From: Leptolyngbyaceae cyanobacterium CSU_1_3
GTDB lineage: Bacteria; Cyanobacteriota; Cyanobacteriia; Leptolyngbyales; Leptolyngbyaceae
Length of the DNA stretch: 42,679 bases
Direction: 5' to 3'
Assembly (NCBI GenBank): GCA_012034655.1
Contig: JAAUOZ010000026.1
Span: 1 to 42,679, forward strand
Shown: one piece after another, positions 32,601 to 40,480 of the stretch
How positions within the stretch are numbered: position 1 is the stretch's first letter
Layout: each line of letters opens with the position of its first letter
The notes under the pieces: model-generated
The model's input: the letters and a program-made list of their open reading frames with translations, nothing else
Told to the model about the DNA's origin: nothing
Databases searched by the model: none
Translations under genes and position numbers: made by a program

Positions 32601-34152
32601 CCCGTTGATCTAACTCTCGATAGGTGAGTTGCTGATCTTGACATACGATCGCGATCGCATCGGGAGTTTGTTCTGCCTGCGCTTCAAACTGTTGATGTAA
32701 ACAGGCAGGGAGGGGGGCAGCCTGGAGATCATGCCCGCCTAGCAGTGCTTGTTGTTCTGTGAGGGTGAGCAGTGGCAAATGTGAAATAGACTGATCCGGG
32801 TTGGCAATGATTCCGGTCAGCACAGTGTGAAAGTGCCCCATGAGGCGCTCGATCGTATCTGCATCAAACAAATCGCTATTGTATTCAACACAGCCCATCA
32901 CTCCGTTTGGCACTTCTGCTAATTGCAGCAGCAGATCAAACTTGGCAGTGCCATTGTGGATGGCTTGAAAATCTAACTGCATATCAAGGGACGATTCTAC
33001 CTCGACAGATGCCCCTGGCAAAAACTCAAGCATGACCTGAAAGAAAGGCTGCTGACCAGCTTGGCGCTCTGGGTGCAATCTTTCTACCAGCGTTTGAAAG
33101 GGCACATCTTGATGGGCATAGGCGGCGATCGTCACCTCTCGTTCTCGCTGCAACAACTCCCGAAAACTCGGAGAGCCAGATAGATCAGTTCGCAGGACGA
33201 TCGTATTAACAAAGCAGCCGATTAGGGGTTCAAGTTCCGATCGCGTCCGCCCTGCTGTCACGGTGGCGACAGGAATATCATTTTGGGCTGTGTAGCGATG
33301 CAATAGGGTTTTGAAGGCTGCCATCAAGGTCATAAACAGGGTCACACCTTCTTGGCGAGAGACTGCCTTGAGTTGATCCGTCACGTCTTGTGACAGGCTG
33401 ACACTATGCCGTGCGCCGCGCAAGCTTCTGACTGCTGGATGAGGTCGATCGGTGGGCAGTTGCAGAACGGGGACATGTTCAAGTTGTTGTTTCCAGTACT
33501 CAATTTGAGGTTCGAGCACATCACTTTCTAGCCATTGCCGTTGCCAATCTGCAAAGTCAGCATATTGAATGGTGAGATCGGCCAGGGGTGAAGGTTTGCC
33601 AGCACAAAAGGCTTCATAGAGTGCTGCCAATTCTTTGAGAAAGACATTAAACAGAGAAACCCCGTCATAAATAATGTGGTGCAGGGTGAGGTAGAGGCGG
33701 TGATGGGTGGCATCTAGGTGTACCAGTGTTGCCCGTAGCAAAGGAGCTTGAGCCAGATCAAAGGGGCGCTCACCTTGAGCAGTCGCAAGTCGCAATGCTT
33801 CGCTTTCTCGATCGTGGGGTGGCAACGGTTGAAGGTTGACCACAGAGAGTTTGAAGGAGGACGGTGGGTGAATGATTTGCAGGGGTTCACCGTCGATCGC
33901 TACAAACGTGGTGCGCCAAACGGCATGGCGACGAAGAATTTCGTTGAAGCTGTGCTCTAGTGCTGCGATGTCGAGAGAACCTGTGAGGTGCAATGTTACT
34001 GTGTCGTTGTAATAAGGACTGTTGGGTTCTAGTTGGGCCAGTAGCCACATTTGCTGTTGAGCCAGAGATGTAGGAAAAACCAAAACCTCTTCTTCTATAG
34101 CAGAAGAGATATTTTTAGCAATGTCTAAGGGCTTGGGAAGATGCTGAACCAT
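29698..34152 (-). CDS. Non-ribosomal peptide synthetase, terminal module C-A-T-R (condensation, adenylation, PCP, NAD(P)H-dependent thioester reductase)
   Basis: C domain HHIIYDG. A-domain core motifs LTYRELDQRAN, YTSGSTGKPKG, FDFSVWE, NMYGITE, GELHIGGAGLARGY, YKSGDL and GRIDNQVKIRGFRIE. PCP LGGNSL. The R domain has GATGFLG and the YSQSK (YxxxK) catalytic pair. 1,484 aa with no competing frame. Confidence 0.9.
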   Translation of the reverse strand: MVQHLPKPLDIAKNISSAIEEEVLVFPTSLAQQQMWLLAQLEPNSPYYNDTVTLHLTGSLDIAALEHSFNEILRRHAVWRTTFVAIDGEPLQIIHPPSSFKLSVVNLQPLPPHDRESEALRLATAQGERPFDLAQAPLLRATLVHLDATHHRLYLTLHHIIYDGVSLFNVFLKELAALYEAFCAGKPSPLADLTIQYADFADWQRQWLESDVLEPQIEYWKQQLEHVPVLQLPTDRPHPAVRSLRGARHSVSLSQDVTDQLKAVSRQEGVTLFMTLMAAFKTLLHRYTAQNDIPVATVTAGRTRSELEPLIGCFVNTIVLRTDLSGSPSFRELLQREREVTIAAYAHQDVPFQTLVERLHPERQAGQQPFFQVMLEFLPGASVEVESSLDMQLDFQAIHNGTAKFDLLLQLAEVPNGVMGCVEYNSDLFDADTIERLMGHFHTVLTGIIANPDQSISHLPLLTLTEQQALLGGHDLQAAPLPACLHQQFEAQAEQTPDAIAIVCQDQQLTYRELDQRANQLAHHLQNLGVKPDSLVGLCVDRSLNLVVAILGILKAGGAYVPLDPASPPERLAGIVEDMNAALVVTQSDLQQRLPKTSAQAVCLDTDGDTIAALPTTSPGRILNADTLAYVIYTSGSTGKPKGVLINHSNVMRLFSSTQAWFQFNKHDVWTLFHSYAFDFSVWELWGALLHGGRLVIVPHCVGRSPDSFYKLLCSEKVTVLNQTPSAFRQLMRTEELSGVSDDLALRFVIFGGEALELQSLKSWFDRHGDRTPQLVNMYGITETTVHVTYRPITIADLNAGSAIGQPIPDLQVYLLDQNLQLVPIGVPGEMHIGGAGLARGYLNRPELTAERFIENPFCPKTRLYKSGDLARRLANGDIEYLGRIDNQVKIRGFRIELGDVESAIQHYSNVSECVVIVREDIPTDKRLVAYLTSKGTLATSDLRRFLQQKLPEYMIPSAFVVLETLPLTINGKVDHRALPLPDARPELESTFIAPRTLMEQQVAHFWSAVLGIKDLGIHDDFFYLGGNSLLAAHLISYIREEFQVELPVRLLFEYPTIEGLAQTLEALQRDGVDSVAALTKTLDLKGDAVLASDIYPSGPAIVPVSNPQNVFLTGATGFLGAFLVHELLQQTQATLYCLVRCSSSSDGAVRLQQTLEQYSLWDERYRDRIVPIPGDLSQPLLGVSPEQFNLLADQIDTIYHNGALVNFVKPYSLMKAANVLGTQEILKLACQSQTKTVHYISTDSVFGATGYFNRMSALYEDDDLDPSEDILFLGYSQSKWVAEKLMHTARSRGIPVTIFRPGLILGHSQTGITNTKDYASRLIKGCIQLGCYPDLPNKHEYFVPIDYASKAIVHLSRQEQSLGQIFHVVNPHPQKFLEFFQQINDYGYFVEKLPYDQWKDRLLQHTRYSQENALYPLVPMQVEKMYQELTLPELYQYHPYLDCQNTSAALTDTGIVCPPVNDELLQVYFSYFIQNGFLEAPRS

Positions 34153-34479
34153 TGGATTATTTTCCTATGTGTGAAGAAGAAGTCAAAACGGGTTAGCAGG
34201 CTCGATCGCTCTAACGCCAAAGGGGACAAAGGGGCCATTTGTAGGTAGCCTGAGATCTTGCACCAGTCGCAACACCTATCTTGCAATCCATGCCTGCAAT
34301 TCATGCTGGGCTAATCGTTAAAGTTCGTTGAAACGGGCTACAATCTTCAGCAGATTAAGCTTCTAACCCATTTCATATTTGGGCGTTGCATGTATAGAGG
34401 GATGAAATGGAATGGAATGGATTGTTGAGAAAGATGCAAGATCTCAGTCAAGCTTTAGCCAAACTTTAGGCAGGCTTTT

Positions 34480-37400
34480 CTACAATTCTTCTGCCGTCTT
34501 AACGGACTTATGAATGGGCAGAGTGTTGTATGTTTGCGTGTTCTTTTCAGGAAGTGTTGCGATGTCAGCAGCGTGTTCTTTTCTAGATCTATCCGATTCT
34601 TCTGGCAATGTAAATACCATTGCAGAAGTTTTTTCTGCGAACTCTTTTTTAGATTTACCTGCCAACTTCGCTTGTATTGAAGATAGCGTCATCCGTCGTG
34701 CTTCGCGCACTACAGAAACTAAAGCAGGCATCTGAGGTTGGGTGCTCATCTGGTATTGCTCGATCGCTTCTGCAAATTTAGCCACGGTTGGAGTTGAAAA
34801 CAACGTATGTAGAGGCAATTGCACCTCAAAGACTTCATTGACTCTGGCCATCACTTGAGTTGCTAAGAGTGAGTGTCCTCCTAGCTCTAAAAACGGATCG
34901 TGAATGCCCACCCGATCGACTCCTAGTAGAGCAGACCAAATCGCAGCAATCTTCTCCTGAGCAGGAGTTTGAGGCGCGATATATTCAACCTTGAAGTCCG
35001 ATCGATTCTCTTCTGGAATCGGTAAAGAACGGCGATCTATTTTTCCATTTGGCGTAAGCGGCAATTGCTCTAGAAAGACAAACGCTGAAGGAACCATATA
35101 TTCTGGTAGCTGACGGCTCAAGAACTGACGCAATTCGCTTAACGGGCTGGGTGTAGTCGTGACCAAATAGGCAACTAGGCGCTTGTTGCCAGGGACATCT
35201 TCTCGCGCTATGACCACACAGTCTTGTACTGTGGAATGTTGGCGCAGAGACGATTCGATTTCGCCTAACTCAATTCGGAAGCCTCGCAGTTTGACCTGGT
35301 GATCAATGCGTCCCAAATATTCAATGCTACCATCGGGCAAATAGCGGGCTAAGTCACCTGTTTTATAGAGCCGATCGCTATCCCCAAAAGGATGGTCAAT
35401 AAATCGTTCCGCCGTCAGATCGGGGCGATTGAGATAGCCACGGGCCAAGCCAATACCGCCGATGTGCAATTCTCCAGCGACCCCGATCGGAACGGGATGA
35501 AGTTGAGCATCAAGCAGATGAATTTGCATATTTGCGATCGCACGGCCAATCGGAACAATGCGACGATTGGCCGTGCGCTGACATGCCCAAAATGTCACAT
35601 CAACCGCCGCTTCGGTCGGGCCATAGAGATTGTGCAATTCAGCGTTGAGACGATCGAAGCAGCGTTCTTGCAATTCAAAGGGTAAAGCTTCTCCGCTACA
35701 AATCACTCGTTTGAGGCACTGGCAACCCTCTAGATTGGGTTCTTGCAAAAATGCCTGGAGCATCGACGGGACAAAGTGCAGCGTTGTAATCTGCTGCTCT
35801 GCGATCAACTGAGCAAGATAGGCACTATCTTTATGTCCTTCAGGTCGGGCAACAACCAGCCGCGCCCCCGTCATCAACGTCCAAAAGAACTCCCAGACAG
35901 AGACATCAAACCCAAAGGGCGTTTTTTGCAGAACGCGATCGCAATCCGACAATTGATAAGCATCTTGCATCCACAACAATCGATTGCAGATGCCCTTGTG
36001 GGTATTCATTGCTCCTTTAGGTTTGCCCGTCGAACCGGAGGTATAAATCACATAGGCAAGATGATCAGGGGTCACAGGGCTGAGCGGAGTTTCTACACTA
36101 GATTGAGCAATCGTCTGCCAGTCTGTATCAAGGCAAATCACCTGTGCCTGAGGTGGCAACTGCGGTAATAGCGACGATTGAGTCAGCAACACTGGAACTT
36201 GAGCATCTGCCATCATAAACGCCAACCGCTCTGGTGGGTAGCTCGGATCAAGGGGAACATATGCACCTCCTGCTTTGAGGATTCCGAGAAGCCCAATCAC
36301 CATTTCTAGCGATCGCTCTATACAGATTCCCACCAAACCATCGGGAGTGATTCCTAGGCTTTGTAAGTGGTTGGCTAATTGATTCGCCCGTTGATTTAAT
36401 TCTTGATAGGTTAGTTGCTCTTCGCAAGCTTGCACAGCAATTGCATCCGGTGTTCTCAAGGCTTGAGCTTCAATCAACTGATGCAGGCAAATCTCTGGAT
36501 ATTCCACATGGGTATTGTTCCAGGTGGCAAGTTGCTGTTGTTCTGCTGTGGTGAGTAATGGCAACTCAGTAAGACGGTGTTCTGGGTGAGCTACAATTCC
36601 TTCTAGTAAGGTTTGAAAATGCTCAGCCAGACGAGCGATCGTATCTGCATCAAATAAGTCAGTGCTATATTCAATGCGCCCGATCAGTCCCTCTGGTCGT
36701 TCATCCAGTTCGAGATACAAATCACATTCTGTTGTTCCGGTGTCTACGTCTTGTTGGCTCAACTGCCACCGAGAATCCGTTTCTACCCAGGGGGGAGCCA
36801 GCACAAACAATACCTGAAACCACGATCGCGGCTGCGAAGTCTTCTGGGTTAATCGTAATGCCTCTACTACCTTTTGAAACGGCGTATCTTGATGGGCATA
36901 GGCATCTAACGTCACCGATCGAACACGTCGCAATAGCTCTCGAAAGCTTGGTGCTCCGGATAAATCAGTCCGTATGATCAGCGTGTTGATAAAACATCCG
37001 ATCAAAGGCTCAATGTCCGATCGATTACGCCCTGCCGTCACCGTAGCAACGGGAATATCATCCTGTGCGGTATAGCGATGCAACAGGGTTTTGAAGGCTG
37101 ACATCAACGTGACATACAATGTCACCCCTTCTTGGCGAGACAGTGCTTTGAGTTGCTCTGTCAATTCTTTGGATAAGCTCAAGCAATGCTGAGATCCTTT
37201 GAGACTTGCGATCGCGGGGTAAGGTCGATCGGTCGGCAATTGCAGTGTCGGGAGGCTTGCGAGTTGTTTTGTCCAATAATCGAGTTGAGGTTGCAGTGTC
37301 TCAGACCGCAACTCTTGCTGCTGCCACGCTGCAAAATCAGCATATTGAATGGTGAGATCGGCCAGGGGTGAAGGCCGCCCAGCACAAAACGCATCATAGA

Positions 37401-39879
37401 GTGCTGATAGTTCTTTGAGAAACACACTATAAAGAGATACACCATCATAGATGATGTGATGCAAGGTGAGATAGAGGCGATGGTCTGTTTCGCTGAGTTG
37501 AACGAGCGTAGCTCGCAACAAGGGGGTCTGAGTCAGATCAAAGGGGCGTTGAGCTTGGGCCGTTGCTAGTTGTAGGGCAGTTTGTGCTTGCTGATCTGGA
37601 AGGTATGTTCTTAGATCTACAACGGACAATGGGAAGGGGAAATGCGGCTGAATGACCTGGTGCGGGATGCCTGCGATCGCTACAAATTTTGTGCGCCAAA
37701 TCCCATGACGGCGAATGATTTCATTCAAGCTTTGCTCTAGTGCAGCAACATTGAGCGAACCTGTAAATTGCAGTGTCACCGCGTCGTTGTAGCAAGGCGT
37801 ATCAGGCTCTAGTTGCGCCAGCAGCCACATTTGTTGTTGCGAAAAGGAAAGCGGTAGCGGCTGATCTAGAGCGACGGGCTGAATGGGTTGAGAACCTTTC
37901 CCTCCATCGCTTGTTGCGATCGCGTGGGCAAATTCTGCGATCGTCGAAGCTGCCAACACAGTCTGCAACGGCACTTGCACCTGGAGAACCTCACAGACTC
38001 GCGCAATCACCTGAGTTGCCAGGAGGGAATGTCCTCCCAGTTCCAAGAACGAGTCGTGAATGCCAATGCCTTCAATGCCCAATACGGTTGTCCAAATTGC
38101 GGCAATTTGCTGCTCAAGTTGAGTGCGAGGTGCAACATAGGGAGCCGACACTTCAGGGCGACTCTCATTGGGAATGGGGAGTGCTCTACGATCGATTTTC
38201 CCATTCGGTGTAAGCGGCAATTGTTCCAGCAATACAAATGCTGAAGGAAGCATATATTCTGGCAACGACTGGCTCAAAAATTGACGACATTCTCCCACGG
38301 TTAAGGCGGTTTCTGACGACATGGCCAAATATGCAACTAGCCGCTTATTACCGGGTATGTCTTCGCGAATCATCACCACACATTCACGAATGTCTGGGTG
38401 TTGACGCAAAGCAGATTCGATTTCGCCAAGCTCAATCCGAAAGCCGCGCAGCTTCACTTGATGGTCGAGCCGTCCCAAATACTCGATCGCGCCATTGGGC
38501 AAACACCGCACCAGGTCTCCCGTTTTATACAGACGAGTTCCCAGATGCCAGGGGTTAGAGATAAACCGTTCAGCCGTTAGTTCAGGGCGATTGAGATATT
38601 CTCTCGCTAGCCCAACTCCACCGATATAGAGTTCTCCGGCGACTCCCGCAGCAACAGGCTGAAGGTGAGAATCTAAGACATAACATTCTGTATTAGAAAG
38701 AGGACGGCCGATCGGAAGGGTGGTGGCATCTTCTGGAACCGTTTCAATCAAATGCCAGGTGGCAAAGGTTGTACTTTCGGTTGGCCCATACACATGCAGT
38801 AATCGCGCTGGTGGCTTATGTCGCAGCACTTCGCGCACCCATTTTGGATCAACCGCTTCCCCCCCAAACAATACCTGCCGAAGCGAGTGAAACGCAGACG
38901 GAACTTCACGGGCGACTTGATTGAAGAGAGCAGTCGTCAGAAATAGGGTGGTGATGTTTTGCGCTTGCAGAAAGTTTGCAAATGTTCTAGGAGTGAGGGC
39001 AATGTCTTGGCTAACGATAACCAATCGCGCTCCATTAACCAATGCACCCCAAATCTCAAATGTTGCTGCATCAAAAGAACAATTAGATACTTGAGCGACA
39101 ACATCTGTAGGGTTGAGATCGATGTAGTTTGTATCCATTACTAATCGATGCACAGCTTTATGTTCTACAGCAACCCCTTTGGGCGTGCCTGTAGAACCAG
39201 AGGTATAAATGACATAGATTAAGTCATCTGCATTGCCAGAAGTGCTAGTGTTATTGACTAGATTTTCGGCTGACTGCTGTGTAACAGTTGACCAATCTGT
39301 ATCTAAACACAGCACTTGAGCCTTGTGTTCAGGAAGCTTTGACAACAGCGCCGTCTGAGTCAGCAGCACAGACACTTGAGCATCTGCCACCATAAACGCC
39401 AACCGCTCTGTTGGGTAGCTCGGATCAAGCGGAACATAGGCTCCCCCTGCCTTGAGAATTCCGAGAAGTCCAATCACCATGTCTAGCGATCGCTCTACAC
39501 AGATCCCGACAAATTGATTGGGGGCTACTCCCAGCGATCGTAGGTGACTCGCTAATTGATTGGCGCGTTGATTCAAATGGTGATAGGTCAATTGCTGATC
39601 TGCAAACTCCACCGCGATCGCGTCTGGTGTTTTTTGGGCTTGAGCTTCAAACAACCGATGAATCGCCGTACCGTGAAACTCAGCGATCGGGAATTCACGG
39701 ATCGAAAATTCACTGATCGGGAATTCACTGATCGGGAACTCACCGATCGGGAACTCACCGATCGGGAATTCACGGAGTTGCTTTCTGAGCTTCTCATCTC
39801 TAGCAGCTTCATACTTGAGGTTTGGGTATGCATTCCAAAGACGCATTTCTACAGAGCCTTCAGGGATTCGTTTCTCCAT
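34480..39879 (-). CDS. Non-ribosomal peptide synthetase with two modules, A-T-C-A-T, an N-terminal repeat extension and a ~100-aa C-terminal tail that may be a docking region
   Basis: Two full A domains (YTSGSTGTPKG then YTSGSTGKPKG, with the NTHKGICNRLLW motif in the second), two PCPs (LGGHSL x2), one C domain (HHIIYDG) and no E or TE domain. 1,799 aa. The start codon is uncertain (ATG at 39879 or the internal MRLW). Confidence 0.9.
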   Translation of the reverse strand: MEKRIPEGSVEMRLWNAYPNLKYEAARDEKLRKQLREFPIGEFPIGEFPISEFPISEFSIREFPIAEFHGTAIHRLFEAQAQKTPDAIAVEFADQQLTYHHLNQRANQLASHLRSLGVAPNQFVGICVERSLDMVIGLLGILKAGGAYVPLDPSYPTERLAFMVADAQVSVLLTQTALLSKLPEHKAQVLCLDTDWSTVTQQSAENLVNNTSTSGNADDLIYVIYTSGSTGTPKGVAVEHKAVHRLVMDTNYIDLNPTDVVAQVSNCSFDAATFEIWGALVNGARLVIVSQDIALTPRTFANFLQAQNITTLFLTTALFNQVAREVPSAFHSLRQVLFGGEAVDPKWVREVLRHKPPARLLHVYGPTESTTFATWHLIETVPEDATTLPIGRPLSNTECYVLDSHLQPVAAGVAGELYIGGVGLAREYLNRPELTAERFISNPWHLGTRLYKTGDLVRCLPNGAIEYLGRLDHQVKLRGFRIELGEIESALRQHPDIRECVVMIREDIPGNKRLVAYLAMSSETALTVGECRQFLSQSLPEYMLPSAFVLLEQLPLTPNGKIDRRALPIPNESRPEVSAPYVAPRTQLEQQIAAIWTTVLGIEGIGIHDSFLELGGHSLLATQVIARVCEVLQVQVPLQTVLAASTIAEFAHAIATSDGGKGSQPIQPVALDQPLPLSFSQQQMWLLAQLEPDTPCYNDAVTLQFTGSLNVAALEQSLNEIIRRHGIWRTKFVAIAGIPHQVIQPHFPFPLSVVDLRTYLPDQQAQTALQLATAQAQRPFDLTQTPLLRATLVQLSETDHRLYLTLHHIIYDGVSLYSVFLKELSALYDAFCAGRPSPLADLTIQYADFAAWQQQELRSETLQPQLDYWTKQLASLPTLQLPTDRPYPAIASLKGSQHCLSLSKELTEQLKALSRQEGVTLYVTLMSAFKTLLHRYTAQDDIPVATVTAGRNRSDIEPLIGCFINTLIIRTDLSGAPSFRELLRRVRSVTLDAYAHQDTPFQKVVEALRLTQKTSQPRSWFQVLFVLAPPWVETDSRWQLSQQDVDTGTTECDLYLELDERPEGLIGRIEYSTDLFDADTIARLAEHFQTLLEGIVAHPEHRLTELPLLTTAEQQQLATWNNTHVEYPEICLHQLIEAQALRTPDAIAVQACEEQLTYQELNQRANQLANHLQSLGITPDGLVGICIERSLEMVIGLLGILKAGGAYVPLDPSYPPERLAFMMADAQVPVLLTQSSLLPQLPPQAQVICLDTDWQTIAQSSVETPLSPVTPDHLAYVIYTSGSTGKPKGAMNTHKGICNRLLWMQDAYQLSDCDRVLQKTPFGFDVSVWEFFWTLMTGARLVVARPEGHKDSAYLAQLIAEQQITTLHFVPSMLQAFLQEPNLEGCQCLKRVICSGEALPFELQERCFDRLNAELHNLYGPTEAAVDVTFWACQRTANRRIVPIGRAIANMQIHLLDAQLHPVPIGVAGELHIGGIGLARGYLNRPDLTAERFIDHPFGDSDRLYKTGDLARYLPDGSIEYLGRIDHQVKLRGFRIELGEIESSLRQHSTVQDCVVIAREDVPGNKRLVAYLVTTTPSPLSELRQFLSRQLPEYMVPSAFVFLEQLPLTPNGKIDRRSLPIPEENRSDFKVEYIAPQTPAQEKIAAIWSALLGVDRVGIHDPFLELGGHSLLATQVMARVNEVFEVQLPLHTLFSTPTVAKFAEAIEQYQMSTQPQMPALVSVVREARRMTLSSIQAKLAGKSKKEFAEKTSAMVFTLPEESDRSRKEHAADIATLPEKNTQTYNTLPIHKSVKTAEEL
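39685..39774 (-). repeat. In-frame 15-bp tandem repeat x6 (GATCGGGAATTCAC[G/T]) encoding (EFPIG/EFPIS)n at the NRPS N-terminus
   Basis: Directly visible. Translation on the minus strand gives REFPIGEFPIGEFPISEFPISEFSIREFPIAEF, immediately before the first adenylation domain. Confidence 0.85.
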
Positions 39880-39959
39880 GGTTCTACTTACACCTTGGGG
39901 GATGAATAAAGGCTAGTTCATTAAACCTTGAATCCTATACCGTAATTTTGCTCAAAAGA

Positions 39960-40360
39960 AAGTTAAATTTATCTTTAGTTTTTAAGTAATTTTGACTAAT
40001 TAAAATTTTATAAAGTCTTAATAATTAGAGCTTATATCCGCCGGGCAAGGCGAGGTTCAAGCAGGTTTTGAGGCTACATTCCTTTGATAGCCAGATAAAG
40101 CTCTATGGCAACCATTGATAAAATATTTCAATATGAATTAACAAAAATTAAGCAACTGTGAAATTACTACAAAAACTGACTAAGTAATGTTACGCAAACC
40201 ACGGACAACAATTGCGGTGACGCTTAAATAAAATTGCGCCGGATTACCCACTATCCAGAGTTTGAGCGAGATCAAAAAATGAGCGATCGGCTCCATCAAC
40301 TTCTCAAACCAGAATGAAGAGTTGTCTTAGGAATGAGAATTAAATAAGCTGTAACGCTTC
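39960..40360 (-). promoter_or_regulatory. AT-rich upstream region of the NRPS operon, a probable promoter region
   Basis: About 400 bp at roughly 70% A+T with no ORF, directly upstream of the first NRPS gene on the minus strand. No specific -35/-10 could be assigned with confidence. Confidence 0.3.
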
Positions 40361-40365
40361 GGATT

Positions 40366-40459
40366 TGCCCTCACCCCAACCCTCTCCCAAGTTGGGAGAG
40401 GGAGCAGGAGTCCGGTTCCTCTTCTCCCATTTTGGGAGAAGGGGTTAGGGGATGAGGGT
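40366..40459. repeat. Compound G/C-rich palindromic element of the same family as 18342..18394, probably a terminator for the downstream minus-strand kinase gene
   Basis: Perfect inner hairpin CCCTCTCCC-AAGTT-GGGAGAGGG, a second hairpin CCTCTTCTCCC-ATTTT-GGGAGAAGGGG, and flanking GCCCTCACCCC..GGGGATGAGGGTC arms. It lies 20 nt beyond the stop of gene 40481..42417. Confidence 0.5.
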
Positions 40460-40480
40460 CTTAAGTTTAATTCCACCTAC

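Noticed and set aside
34514-38580. Numerous 60-146 aa ORFs inside and antisense to the NRPS genes (for example 34514..34735, 35392..35685, 35743..36168, 37773..38213, 37888..38244, 38238..38558)
   Set aside because: All are embedded in continuous, motif-rich NRPS reading frames and have the biased composition of off-frame translation.
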